From: the human T2T-CHM13v2.0 reference genome, Homo sapiens
NCBI RefSeq assembly: GCF_009914755.1
Contig: NC_060928.1
Length of the DNA: 64,000 nt
Reading direction: 5' to 3' (one strand)
The notes under the pieces were generated by a model. That model searched no databases. It had not been told where the DNA came from and saw only the letters and a program-made list of their open reading frames with translations. Position 1 is the stretch's first letter; each line of letters opens with the position of its first letter. Positions 1-13,415 of this stretch are shown one piece after another. Position numbers and translations under genes: made by a program.

Positions 1-347
1 AATATTGAGGGTAAAAACAAAATGTTTTTAGAATTAAAATATAAATTTCAAAGAGCAATGAATTCAATAGTCACCACTATAAAGCTAATTATTGTTACAG
101 AGGGAAAGCTTGAGATAATCATGGAAGATGCACATGGAAAAAGAAGTAATGGCATTTGGGAAGCAATTAGTAAGAGAGAAAAGCAAAGATGATTCAGTTA
201 AGGATTATTATTCACAAAGTTAAAAGTTCAATAAATGGAATAAAATTTGTATTCACTGATTTAATAAATAAAGTTTTGAAATAAAAAATTGAATTTTCTA
301 TTGGAAAAATAAATGCAATGTGTTCCAGAAATTACAATACTGCTATT

Positions 348-1940
348 TGTGTGTATATATACACACATATACATATATACATACATATGTGTGTATATAT
401 ACACATATATATACATACATATGTGTGTATATATACACATATATATACATACATATGTGTGTATATATACACATATATACATACATATGTGTGTATATAT
501 ACACATATATATACATACATATGTGTGTATATATACACATATATACACATACATATGTGTGTATATATACACATATATACACATACATATGTGTGTATAT
601 ATACACATATATACACATACATATGTGTGTATATATACACATATATACACATACATATGTGTGTATATATACACACATATACACATACATACATATGTGT
701 GTATATATACACACATATACACATACATACATATGTGTGTATATATACACACATATACACATACATACATATGTGTGTATATATACACACATATACACAT
801 ACATACATATGTGTGTATATATACACACATATACACATACATACATATGTGTGTATATATACACACATATACACATACATACATATGTGTGTATATATAC
901 ACACATATACACATACATACATATGTGTGTATATATACACACATATACACATACATACATATGTGTGTATATATACACACATATACACATACATACATAT
1001 GTGTGTATATATACACACATATACACATACATACATATGTGTGTATATATACACACATATACACATACATACATATGTGTGTATATATACACACATATAC
1101 ACATACATACATATGTGTGTATATATACACACATATACACATACATACATATGTGTGTATATATACACACATATACACATACATACATATGTGTGTATAT
1201 ATACACACATATACACATACATACATATGTGTGTATATATACACACATATACACATACATACATATGTGTGTATATATACACATATATACACATACATGT
1301 GTGTATATATACACATATATACACATACATGTGTGTATATATACACATATATACACATACATGTGTGTATATATACACATATATACACATACATATGTGT
1401 GTATATATACACATATATACACATACATATGTGTGTATATATACACATATATACACATACATATGTGTGTATATATACACATATATACACATACATATGT
1501 GTGTATATATACACATATATACACATACATATGTGTGTATATATACACATATATACACATACACATATATATACACATATATACATATATATACACACAT
1601 ATATACATATATGTATATACATATATATGTATTTTTATATATACGTATATATACACATATATATACACACATATGCGTATATATACACGTTTGTATACAT
1701 GTGTATATACACATATATACACACGTATGTGTATACATATGCGTATATACACACGTATGTGTATACATATGCGTATATACACACGTATGTGTATACATAT
1801 GCGTATATACACACGTATGTGTATACATATGCGTATATACACACGTATGTGTGTGTATATATATGTGTATGTGTATATATGTGTATGTGTATGTGCATAT
1901 ATGTGTATGTATGTGTATCTATATGTGTATATATGTGTGT

Positions 1941-1986
<46 letters not shown>
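348..1986. repeat. Compound (TA/CA/TG) minisatellite/VNTR with 34-, 38-, 32- and 30-bp units
   Basis: 16 copies of the 38-mer ATATGTGTGTATATATACACACATATACACATACATAC at 655-1262; 4 copies of a 30-mer at 1721-1840; ends in (TA)n(TG)n. Confidence 0.97.
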
Positions 1987-2242
1987 TAAGGTTTTAGACT
2001 TTAAGATGGAATAAGGAATAAGATGGAATAAGGAAAACGCTCTGCAAGCATCCAAGCTTTAAAGCAAATCATTTACAAGGCAAAGAAATCAGGTTGGCCT
2101 CAAATGTTTCCACAGCAATATTTTATGCTAGGAGACAATACAGCACTAGCTATAAAATTCTGAGGGAAAGTTTGACACAAGAATATTATACTTAGCTTAA
2201 ATGGTGTTTATGTATGAAGGCAATAAGTAGGCAATCATTCTC

Positions 2243-2309
2243 TTGAATTTGTTGCTCTTTGAAATTTATATTTTAATTCCAAAAACATTTTGTTTTTACC
2301 CTCAATATT
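2243..2309 (-). repeat. Inverted copy of window positions 1-67 (probably extends to ~2395 and beyond the window start)
   Basis: Reverse complement of 2243-2309 matches 1-67 at 64/67 nt. Confidence 0.9.
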
Positions 2310-3876
2310 TTATATTTGAATTTCCTTTCTACGCTATTCTAATGCTTTATTATTTGTTTTTAAGCTTTTATGATCTAGAATTTATGTTATTACCTCACTG
2401 TAAAAATATAAAACAAGATGGAGAATACACAATCCATGAGCCTTTCAAAAAACTACTTGACAAATATATCTACTCAAAACAAATCTCAAAATAAGGAACT
2501 CAGGAATAACGATGCCCTGATGGTAATTTAAAATATGGAATTAATTTTTAAAACACTAGGAGAAGTATGATTATTGCAACAAATGGGTCTTGATTGCCCT
2601 GACAACGAAGAAAAACTATAGATTTTTCACAATGATATTGGCTTATGACCAACTCTTTTACTGAAGAGAACCAACTGCTACTGTCTGAAATTGAACCAAA
2701 TACTATAGTTAGAAAATTTGAAAAACACAAATACTTCAACTTCTTTATATTCTATTCTGTTTACCTATTTTCCTTAAGTATTTTAGCAGAATCTTTTAGG
2801 AAGAATATTGCTTGTGATGAAGATATACACATTACGATATAACTGTAGACATCTGTATACATGTTTATACATAAATATGTATATACGTACTGTGGGTGTA
2901 TATATATCCATATACATGAAGTTTTAAGATTTATCTTTAGATTCAGTTTGATTTTCTTATGTTTAATTGATTCAAATTATATATAAACTTTTATTTAAAG
3001 TAACATCTACAACATAATCCAATTTTTATAAAAGTATTTATATCTCTTTATCTTTCTTCTCTATATTTATGTGAATAAAAAGATATCTGTAATGTTGTTT
3101 ACAAAATGCTAATGATGTTGGGTTTTGGGTGGTAGAAGTAGTAGAATTTTTTAAAATCTTTAAATTTTACATTTCCTGTGCTATTTGAATTTGTAGTATG
3201 AGTTACACAACAATTTCATAAAACCTATACCATGATTTATTTTTTGTTAAAAACCAATGAAAATGTAAAGCAAATGCACCAAAATTGTCAACAATGGTTC
3301 ATTCTTACTGGTGGGAAAATGAATTAATATTATATTACACTTTCTCTGTTGTAGTTTTCTGTAAATTTTTTAAATTCCTAGAACAATTTTTGGTTTCATT
3401 TGAAGAAAAAATGAATATGAATCACAAAATCTAATGCCTATTTATTTAAAAAATTGTCTTCTGTCGTAGCTCAACCCTCCAACAAGAATTTGAGTTCAAT
3501 TTTTAGAATGTTCTTTCTTCCTCTTTTGTTACCAGATACAAAAACTTGTGAGGAAATGCCTAACTAAGTCTCACCAAGAATTAAACCATTGCATAGAAAA
3601 AATCTGCGAAACATTTGAAATGTGTCCATGTATTATACAATCTGGTTAATATGAAAAAGTAGAATTTTTATTTAGCTCAAAATTCTGTTAAAGAGATACC
3701 TGATTCGAGGCTAAATGATTAGTGCAATGTAGCACATTATAGGGAGGGGAAGATAGATAGTTAATGGCAATATAGAAGAAAATATCAAAAAACTACCTAA
3801 GAGTTTTGTCAAGTAGTAAAATATCTGTTGTTATGGTGAGATCATAAGCACCTTTGGCAAGATGCTGGAAGGGCAG

Positions 3877-4251
3877 TGTATTAGTCCGTTTTCATGCTGC
3901 TGATAAATACGAACTCGAGACTGGGCAACTTACAAAAGAAAGAGGTTTAATTGGACTTACAGTTCCACGTGGCTGGGGAAGCCTCACAATCATGGTGGAA
4001 GGCAAGGAGGAGCAAGTTGCGTCTTATATGGATGGCAGCAAGCAAAGAGAGAATGAAGAAGATGCAAAAGCGGAAACCCCTGATAAAACCATCAGATCTG
4101 GTGAGACTTATTCACTACTAAGAGAACAGTATGGAGGAATCGCCCCCATGATTCAATTATCTCACATCTGGTCCCTCCCACAACATGTGGGAATTATGGG
4201 AGTACAACTCAAGACAAGATTTGGGTGGGGACACGGAGCCAAACCATATCA
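3877..4251 (-). mobile_element. THE1 (THE1C-like) MaLR solo LTR
   Basis: TGTATTAGTCCG...CCAAACCATATCA termini, 375 bp, 5-bp TSD GGCAG (3872-3876 / 4252-4256). Confidence 0.93.
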
Positions 4252-4849
4252 GGCAGGATTATGAAAAAGAACAATAATCACAACCTACTAATTATCCTGC
4301 TATTGAACTGCAAATTGTAGGCAATAAGTAAAAGTTGGAATGAAAATAAAATCACAGAGCAATAATGACTAACATCAGTAAAGAGAGAAAAAGTAATCTG
4401 GTAGGAGGCTGCCATTTAAACTTTCTTGGTTCTTTTCTCCCCCTTGCCTCTATCTCCCTGATGGTTAGAAGTTCTTATAGAGAATCATTGTCTCTGGGAG
4501 ACAGAAATGCAAGTCCAATAAAGTTCAGAGACTGAGCATATGAATCCAAGAGTATCCTGTAAGAACTTTGAGAAAGTCAGGGATCCCCAAGCAAGTCCTG
4601 CATGAGATAATAAAAGTATCATTACAGTGAGAAGCTAAAATACAAACTAACAAAAATGCCTCTGTATTGTCAAAATAAATCAAAATAATATGAACTCTAT
4701 CCTTCCTTCTATTTGGTAATAAGTAAGGAACTGTATCTTGATGAATGTTCTCTTCCAAGGCAGGCGCTTTATGTTGATGGGATCACATAATCTTCTGACA
4801 CAGAAGGTATTTACTATATAATTTCATGGATAAATTAGAGAATGTATAG

Positions 4850-4942
4850 AGAAACTAAGCAATTTGTTCAAGGCAACACAAATGTAGAGTTAGGATTCAA
4901 ACCCAAGTAGATCTGCTTCCAAAGCCATGCTCTTTCTACCAC
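4850..4942 (-). mobile_element. MIR fragment
   Basis: ggattcaaacccaagtagatctgcttccaaagccatgctct resembles the MIR tRNA-derived head in antisense. Confidence 0.6.
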
Positions 4943-5814
4943 CTAACATTAGAAGTCAGTGTTACTTAATTAAGCACCAAAATTTGGCTTATTTTTTATG
5001 TGATAAAACTGGAAAATCCTAGGGTGGAGCCCCAGAGAAATGCCAAGGATTCTTTTTATTATAATTAATCTGGATTTAATTCCAATTTTTAAGGTGGGGT
5101 TGTTTAATGGATGATTCAAAAATAATTAAATTGTGGTTTTGAAAAATATTAATTTAGTCAAAGCAGGGGCATATCCTGATGATAAAGGAATGATGTTGAT
5201 GAAATGAATTTCTGTAATAGAAAATAATCTTGATGAGATCTAGACTGATTTTGACACAAGGATTTTAAATACATCTAATGTTTGTTACAATAGAGTTAAC
5301 TATCAACACATTTCCTTTAAAGTTCTTCCAGACAGTCTGTTTAAAATGACATATTTTCTAAAGAAAAAATATTCATCGTACAGCCAAGCTATAAATGACC
5401 ACATGTTGGTCAAATCTGACATGGAAATACTAGAATCACTTCTGAAAAATTACTCTTTTCTGTAGTTATGAAAACAATCATGTATAAAAAAAAAGTGTGT
5501 CTAAGGCACCATCATATCAAAAAGCATTTTTTAAAAAAAATTTTCAATATTTCATACTTGACAACATTTTGAGGTATTTACATAGCTCATCATGATTCCG
5601 CCTTGCCTAGGTATAGTACATGATAGCTTGATGTCTTTTTTTTGGTGATTTTTAACTGGGAATGTTTTGCTTGACCACGTAACTATAATCTTGTCTCACA
5701 TCCTTCATACTCAGCTCTGCCCAGTGCAGCTCAGTCACAAAGAAGCTGTGGTATGAAATGTGAAGATCTGGACTTGAGTTTTAAATCAAATTCTTTAGTA
5801 GTTAAATCAACAGA

Positions 5815-5905
5815 GCTGTATAAGTTCCATGGGGCAAGGACATCTTGGTACCTCAATCCTAGCGCCTAGAGAAGAGAATAGGCACTCAATCACTATTTGT
5901 TAAAA
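5815..5905 (+). mobile_element. L2 3' end fragment
   Basis: ctgtataagttccatggggcaagga...taggcactcaat..tatttgtt. Confidence 0.5.
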
Positions 5906-5967
5906 GTAAAAATAACACGCTTTAACTACTTTATAGGATTATTAAAATTAAGACTAAATGATTAAGT

Positions 5968-6520
5968 ATTTTTTAATTAGTGTACTATTTTTAGAGCAGT
6001 TTTAGGTTTACAGCAAAATTGAGCAGAAAGTACACAGTTTCCATTTACTTTCTGTCCCCAAACAATTACAATCACTCTCGCTGTTGACATGGGGCACCAT
6101 ACATTTTTTACAGTCAATGAGCCAAACATCCAGATGATAATGATGCATTACCCAAAGGCCATAGTTTACATTAAGGTTCACTCTTGTGTTGTGCATTCTA
6201 TGGGTATTGATAAATGTATAATGACATAGATCCACCATTGTAGTGTTGTACAGAATAGTTTCACTGCCCTAAAAGTCCTTTGTGCTTTCACCATTCATCT
6301 CGAACCCCTGGCAACAATTAATCTTTTTACTGTCTCCACAGTTTTGTCTTTTCCAGGATGTCGTATAGTTGGAATCCTACAGTGATACAGCCTTTTCAGA
6401 TTGGCTTCTTTCTGTTAATACTATACTATACTTTTAAGTTTCTTCCATGTCTTTTCATGCTTGATAGCTCATTTCATTTTAGCACTGAATAATATTCCAT
6501 TGTCTGGATGTACCACAGTT
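5968..6520 (-). mobile_element. L1MC/L1MD 3' end
   Basis: tttagagcagttttaggtttacagcaaaattgagcagaaagtac... typical antisense old-L1 3' UTR. Confidence 0.75.
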
Positions 6521-7662
6521 GTTTTTTGTTTTGTGTGTTTCTTTAGTTGAAATATTTCTAAAGCATAAAAGGTAACACAAGTTATTACAAGTACTGTGAT
6601 TGTTGAAATTACATTTCAACATTGTCAGTTTGACTGTCTCAACTCTTGGTTCTGGGGTCACTAAGACTTACTGATTCCTTATTTTTTGCCTCCAAAACAT
6701 ATGAAAAAATATGTTCAAGACTTTGGCTGAGGCTTGTATAAATATCACACTCATAAAGCAGTCAGCTTGCAACTGTTGCGCCTATTACTTAATGTTATGC
6801 TAATGTTACTTAAACTTCAGGTCAAATAGTCACAAATCCTTTCATAGACAGACCATGCTAAAGGATTTCCAGAGAAACATTTCTCTTTTCTCTCCTCCAG
6901 AGATCAATTCAGTGTCAATCTGAGCCCTCATACTAAAAATTTGAAAAAGGCTTTAAAGATGAAGTATCAGTTTAGGTTTCCTCTTACATGGGCCCAAGCC
7001 AAAGATTGATTATATCTTGAATTAGCACCAAACCCAGATTTTGAGCGTATTGAGATTCAGTATTGAGCATATTGAGATTCCCTATGATCTGCCAAGCCAA
7101 GAATGACTGAACATCAATTAAGGGCTTCTCCTTCCCAAATGGTAGAACCACAGTGTCTCTGGACATCGGAATGAGAAGTGTTATTCACTTTGCTAACTCA
7201 CTCTGTGACATTTTTCTCTTGCAGAATTCTATTGGTGCCATTTTTATGAAATTCTGGGTTCTCATTTCATTTTATGTTTTTTGCATGCTAAAACCACTTG
7301 ATAAACCAAATTTAACGTATACCTGGCAAACAATCAGGGTCCCTTGCAACAAGTTTAAGGAATAAGGAAAGGGAACAGAATTCCATAGGAATTCCTCCTA
7401 TGACCTGTGCTTTTCAAAATTTGATTGTTGCCAAGTTTAGGAAGAGGTATTAAGACAGGTAAAGAAAGAGAAAGAGATCTCATAGAAACTAGAAACATGA
7501 TACTTCAATGTGTTTTCTGAGTCATTTTCCCCCCAGGCACCGGCACAACCTAACCAAAATTATTAGAGTAACTCAGTCTCTTATTGATATTTAGGGTTTT
7601 GGATTGCAAGGGAGATATATATATATATATATATTATTTTTGCTATATTCTGTAGGAGAACA

Positions 7663-7902
7663 CAGATGCTTCTCAACTTATGATGGGGTTATATCCCAAT
7701 AAACCCATCATAAATAGAAGATATTGTAAGCTGAGAATACATTTAATACCGAATAAATCCATCAAAAATTTGAAAAATCCTATCAAATCATCGTAAGTCC
7801 AGATGTCCCTCAATTTTGATGGGATTACATCTCAATAAACCCATTGTAAAGTCTAAACATTTGACTTATGAAGTCAAACCATCATAAGTTGGGAACCACC
7901 TG
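7663..7902 (+). mobile_element. Tigger5/MER47-like DNA transposon MITE
   Basis: Terminal inverted repeats cagatgcttctcaacttatgatgg / ccatcataagttgggaaccacctg followed by TA. Confidence 0.75.
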
Positions 7903-10900
7903 TATTTAGATGAGTCATTTATGTGTAACAGAATTTTACACCTTTTAACTCAATGTTAAGTTGGCACATGCACCTACTGGAAATGAAAATTATGAATTAT
8001 GTTCATAGCAATGCAGGTGGTCTGCCTCAAGAAGCTAATCATTTTTGGAAGTAGGGAGAGATCCATGTGTTCTTTCAGACTCTCTCATTTTAGAGCCACA
8101 GTTTCATTCATTCATTTCTACATCCAGTTTTCTAAACAACTGCCAGAACTTTGGTAGATGAGGCAGGAGAATGTAATAATAGCTTTCAGTTCTCATTCAA
8201 TTATCCTGGGTTTCTAGGACAGACTGGCAGAGGTGAATTGTGATTCCTAAGAGGCCATTACTCTGATAATGATCACTATGTCAAAACCTCTGGGATATAA
8301 TCCCCTATATACAATTTAACTACATCAACAAGTTTATTGTTTTATGTAAGGACTGCCTCAGATGAGCCCACTAATTCTGCAAAAATATCATTGTCTTAAA
8401 GGAATAAAATTTTACTTATGTCATTATTACCATCATTACTTTGAATATCTACTGTTAACTAATTTTGAATCTCCTTCAAACCTAGTGTTTGGGGATTTCT
8501 ATACCAAACAAATATAGAATAATCTAGAATTTTATAGGAGTAAAATTTCCTCCAGAGTTGATCACTCCTAGGAAACAAAGCTAACCTTTATTCTTGCTGT
8601 TTTCAACTCTACTGCAGAATAATAAACTTCCTCCTACTCTTTACATTATTCCTGGATGCTGCAGACATATTTACATGGTTCTAGTTCAGCTCAATACTGA
8701 ATAGAAATATTTATGATGTTTTCTACATTGGAAATAACTTGTGGGAGCTAATATTGTAAAGTCATTGTAGTCCCAGTTAAAATCACTTAATGGGATGTCA
8801 TTATGTATGAAGAAAGGAATTTCCCATAATAAAGTTTTCTTGCTTACTAATATTTATCCATAAAAGTTTCCAGACTTGTTTCTTATCATCATTTTCACTT
8901 TCTTTAATAAATATATAGTCAATGAGTATTTTGCTGGATCTAAAATGTGCCTTATCATCAATTTATCTCCACTGCACAGTAAATACTGAGGTCATAGTTA
9001 ATAATTCAAAACAAAAAGGAGGGGAATTGGGGAAAGATTATGAGTAAATTTCAAAGTGCTAGATTACTGGAGTTTCTTGTTTATATAACAAGGATTTTCT
9101 TAAACAAAAATCAACCATGAGTTTACTGACCTCATTTCCATATAATAATTTATTGCATGTATACCTGAGCATTACCAGAAGATTCATCAATCAGAATCCC
9201 TTCTCAATAAATTACCTCCTCTAGGAAAAAAGAATGTTAATAAGAAGCAGTCACTTCTATGAATGTGCTAAGCAAATGCTAAAGCAGATGACAGATACCA
9301 TTTTCATGATTAATGTAACTAGGTCTCATAATCTACCTCTCCTATATAGTTTAATTTTACTTTTCTACTTTTCTGATTCAAAGTAATAAAGCAAGTTAAG
9401 AAAAAGCCAAAAAAGCAATTCTCAGAACACAGACAACAAAATTTAAAGAAAAGTGGTACAAACAAATATTTTTAAATCAGAAAAGTATATTTTTGCCAAA
9501 ATGAGCCAAGAAGCCAAGAATTGCATCCTTCTGCTCTAAGGTGTGCAGCTCACCATGTGTGTTTTTCTTTCTGAAGACCAAGAAAACAAAAAATATCAAT
9601 TGTCAAAGAATTTGGAGCCACCTAAAACCAATTTCTTCTCCCCAAAACGCCTGCAGAACTTGGCTCAGAAACCACTCTATCACTGTAAAAATACATGAGA
9701 GGATTGTGCATAATACCATAGAAATCCAAGTTAGTGGTGTATTGAGAGGGATCTGCTTTCCTATTCCCAGATGAGTGAATTAAGACATGAACTGCAGGGA
9801 ATACTTTCAAAATAACTCTGTTCATTATAGATGCTTTTGGAGGAAGAATCCAAAGTGCTCTGAGTCCCAAGGGCTGCTCTGCTACAGTGAATGGCCTTTG
9901 GATTGACATTCATACTAGTCAACTTACAACAAGCCATAGCTCAAATCCCACAACAGTTCTGCTGGCCAGAATATTTTTATAGTAGACAGGATCAAGAAAA
10001 TGGCTTGAAATAGGTTGATCTTGTATTAGAGTTACAGTAGGGTGGGATGTTTAAAACCTATGAATTAAATTTACCTTCTATTAGGAGTGCAATCAGGAGT
10101 GTAGAAAACACAATCATAAAATGAACGTACACTCTAGTTCCAAGTTCCAGTGCAGAACATGATAGGTACACAAGAAATATATAATATTCAGCCAAAAAGA
10201 AGAAAACCTCAGCCAAAATTGTGTTTCTATAGAAGAAATCAGTCACAGCCAAAATCACTTATGAATCATATGATTTACTGTACAGGATTCATAGTTGGTT
10301 TGCAAAAGAAATTATATCTTTAACTTCTACACCAAGATATAAGAAAAAAAATCTTACCATAAAGAAAGAATTTGGAAGCAATGTGATATTACCTGATGGT
10401 CAAAAGCATTCTCTTCATCCTAGAAACTCAAAATTCATAGTTTGTGTTTTTAGCTGTAACCCTTACACCACTGTATCTGCCAATAAACAATTTTATTCCA
10501 CTTTGACTCTCATTTCCTATACCATAATTCTATCTTCCTTCTTCTTCACTCCATATAATAAAACAAATGCATGTTCATCCTCACGGATTCAGAATAACAT
10601 GTAGGTGCAATTAGCTGTCTTCCATGATTCATGAATACTTGTTCCAAGAAGCAGTTTCTATCAAAAATCAAATCCTGTTATTGAATTCATCAGTCACCAC
10701 TGACTTGAAGGCAACACATTCTTAAGCTATCCAGCTCCAAGGGAATCTAACAATCTAAAGTTGTTTCAAGTTTTTTGACATTTGTTCACATTTTTATTCT
10801 TATATAGGTAACATCTGGGTCATATGAGATTGGAAGAATTTATGAGGAATTCCCTCCATAGTTGTCTAAAGCAGCAAAGGGACTTGTTAACAGGGGAAGT

Positions 10901-12849
10901 AATCCAATTAGAATAATTGGCATTTGCAAGGCATGGTTATGTTATGATGACTCAGTTTGACTTTCACCCTTTCTCACCTCTTATCATATAGGCAAGGAAT
11001 CTGTACTAATATTTAAAAACCACAAATCTCCAGGGAAGTGAAATGAATTTGGGTTCATTTCTGAGACTCATTCTTTTCTACACATAAAAGCCAATTGCTT
11101 TAGTTAACCACTCTGAGGGTGAAAACAGAGATTTAGATCACAAAAGGAAATGGAAAGAATTAGAGGTTTTGTTTTGTTTTGTTCTGTTGTTGTTGTTGTT
11201 GTTGTTAGGCTAAGCAACTCCTTTTCATCTCTCAAAGCTTTTCTAAATTTCATACCTTTTTAATGCTATGAAATCATAGTTTCTCCACTAGTGGTTGCAT
11301 AAGAAGAAATTATATCTTGAAAGTAAAGCAACTCATACCCTAAGATGTAACAAGCAGAACTCTTCAACCTCCCCTGCACTGCCTGACTGACTCAGACCTT
11401 GAACTCAAAAAGTGGATCTGTTTCTTCTCCCTCACTTAAAAGAGAGGTGAACACACTGTCAACACTCAATTAATAAGCAATGATATGAAGTCTTGGGAGG
11501 CAATTTGTGGTCCACTCCTGGACATCCTTCCCTTTGGCATGGCTCACTGTGCAATGATAGATCTGGCTGATGTTTACTCTGAAATGATGAAAACTATCTG
11601 ACACTTCACTCAAGTCGGGGGTAAAATCCTCTATATGAGGAACCACCAGGCTTACCGAGGAGGTAAGCAGTGAGAAAAACAACTTCTTTTCACTGCTTGT
11701 CAGAGACAGTAAAATTGTACATAGCTTTTGATGAAACCTTGAAAGATGCATCAAGAAGGATTTATGTCCTCTTACATCCAAGTGGGTTTTTCCAAGGGAT
11801 TATTTGCTCCTTGGAAAATTAGAGACTTCTTAAATATCAATATGGCATGGCATGGTACCCAGTCACTTACAAAACACCAAGAGCATATATCACTATATAT
11901 AATTAAAATTAAAAAAATTCCAGCCACTGAGTACAAAGTATTTTCAAACATATAGGCAACATGGACAATTATTTCTCCTTAAAATAAGGGTATCTCTTCC
12001 TTTTGCTGTGTGCTTCTCAATGAGATTTAAAGAGCAAGACCCTGGAATTAAAATTTACAAAATCATCTTTTGTTTTTCACTGTTTCACTCAAAAAGCAAC
12101 AAAACAGAATATTCTTACCAAAATCACACATAATAAAGAACGAATAAATCATGAACTTACCAAGATAGGACCATTAAATTATTTAAATACTATTTTAGAG
12201 GTATCTTCTTAGGTCTACCCTTCTCTGAGAACTGCCTCTAGAACTATGAGGACATTTGGTAGTGTTCTCATTGTCCTCCGGCTAAAGGTGCCTAGACCAA
12301 AGGTGCCTAGACCAAAGATGGGCACCTGCCCTATTCAGATTTCCTCTTTTATTAATTGAAATTGAGAACATGGAATGCCAGTGAGCCAATTATCGGCAGT
12401 GGAGCACAGACAATGTCACTGCATGGCTGGGCAGCCGTTTCCTGTCTCAGAGGAAGCAAGAAAGGAAGACAGGGAGTGTTTAAAAAGAGAAACAAGAAAG
12501 CATGTAACTCCAGAAAGAATCTGAAGGCTTGGTTGCCTTGTTTTCTAATACCTTTCAGTTTCTCATTTATGGCCCTTTAATTTCTTGATTTTCTTATTAT
12601 AGATTTCTCCTTTTGTTTAGACTAGTCTGAATGGATGTCTGGTGTAACTAGAAAGAATTTACCATGCATATTTTGTATTTATCAAATAGTTGTGATAAAA
12701 GGCACTCTGCAAGGCATTGTGAAACAGTTGATGGAAGAGAAAAACAATTCTACTCTCAAGGCAAACATGTTTTAAAGTAAAATGCAATACATTCAGTTTT
12801 AAGTGTCATAGTAAGAGGCACAAGACATGCTTGAGTCACAGATTATGTA

Positions 12850-12980
12850 AGTATTAGTGCTGGAGTGAGAAACCTTAAAATTGAATCCTGTCACTTACCG
12901 GTTGTGTGCCTGTTAACCATAAAGTGATGGTATTAATAGTACCCAAATTTTCATAAGTGTACAGTAAATTCTAGCTATTA
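12850..12980 (+). mobile_element. MIR fragment
   Basis: tggagtgagaaacct...tgaatcctgtcacttacc...ataaagtgatggtattaatagtacc. Confidence 0.5.
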
Positions 12981-12999
12981 TATTTCCAGAAGAACAGCC

Positions 13000-13415
13000 A
13001 GAGAAGTGGAAATTGTGCATTGTAAGAAACTTGTGGCTAGAATTCACAGAGGTTGAGCTGAGTATTGAAAGATACAAAAAAAATCAGAAGTAAAAAAAGA
13101 TATTCTAGGCAGAGGAAATTGAAGAAGCAAAGAGAGATATGAAAATACATATAGCCACATTGCCTGCAACAGAGAGCTGTAGAAGATGTACACGGTGATG
13201 AAGTTGAAAGAAAACAAGTGGTAAAAGGCTTTTAATGCCACGTGGTGAGAATTCAACATTATTCTGAAGGAAATAGAATGTTAAAGACTAATCTTTCAAA
13301 GGTAGAGAGAAACAATCCTATGTTATCAGAAAATAAAAATATTAATATATGGTAGTATTGAGGACAGAATAAAGACAATGAGATCAGTTAGAATGCTTTT
13401 CCTATGGTCCTGGAA
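13000..13415 (-). mobile_element. L2 fragment
   Basis: gatattctaggcagaggaaa...agcaaag purine-rich antisense L2 pattern. Confidence 0.5.

Larger units (their letters stand above)
1..2560 (+). mobile_element. Ancient HAL1/L1M ORF1-like relic interrupted by the VNTR and an inverted insert
   Basis: Degenerate L1-ORF1-like segments at 1-340, 1990-2240 (aatcaggttggcctcaaatgtttccacagcaata...) and 2400-2560. Confidence 0.45.

Noticed and set aside
655-1262. CRISPR-like palindromic repeat array
   Set aside because: The spacers are identical and low-complexity, there are no cas genes, and the context is human
261-2055. Six-frame 450-570 aa Y/I/H/T/C/V/M-rich ORFs
   Set aside because: Strict purine-pyrimidine alternation cannot form TAA, TAG or TGA, so open frames in all six phases are an artefact of the repeat
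3854-4264. 136-aa ORF, and similar short ORFs in Alu, LTR and L1 sequence
   Set aside because: They lie entirely within repeats (here an antisense THE1 LTR) and show no host-protein similarity
12284-12316. 16-bp tandem duplication aaaggtgcctagacca; also (caggttt)n at ~60838-60890
   Set aside because: Ordinary slippage duplications with no further structure
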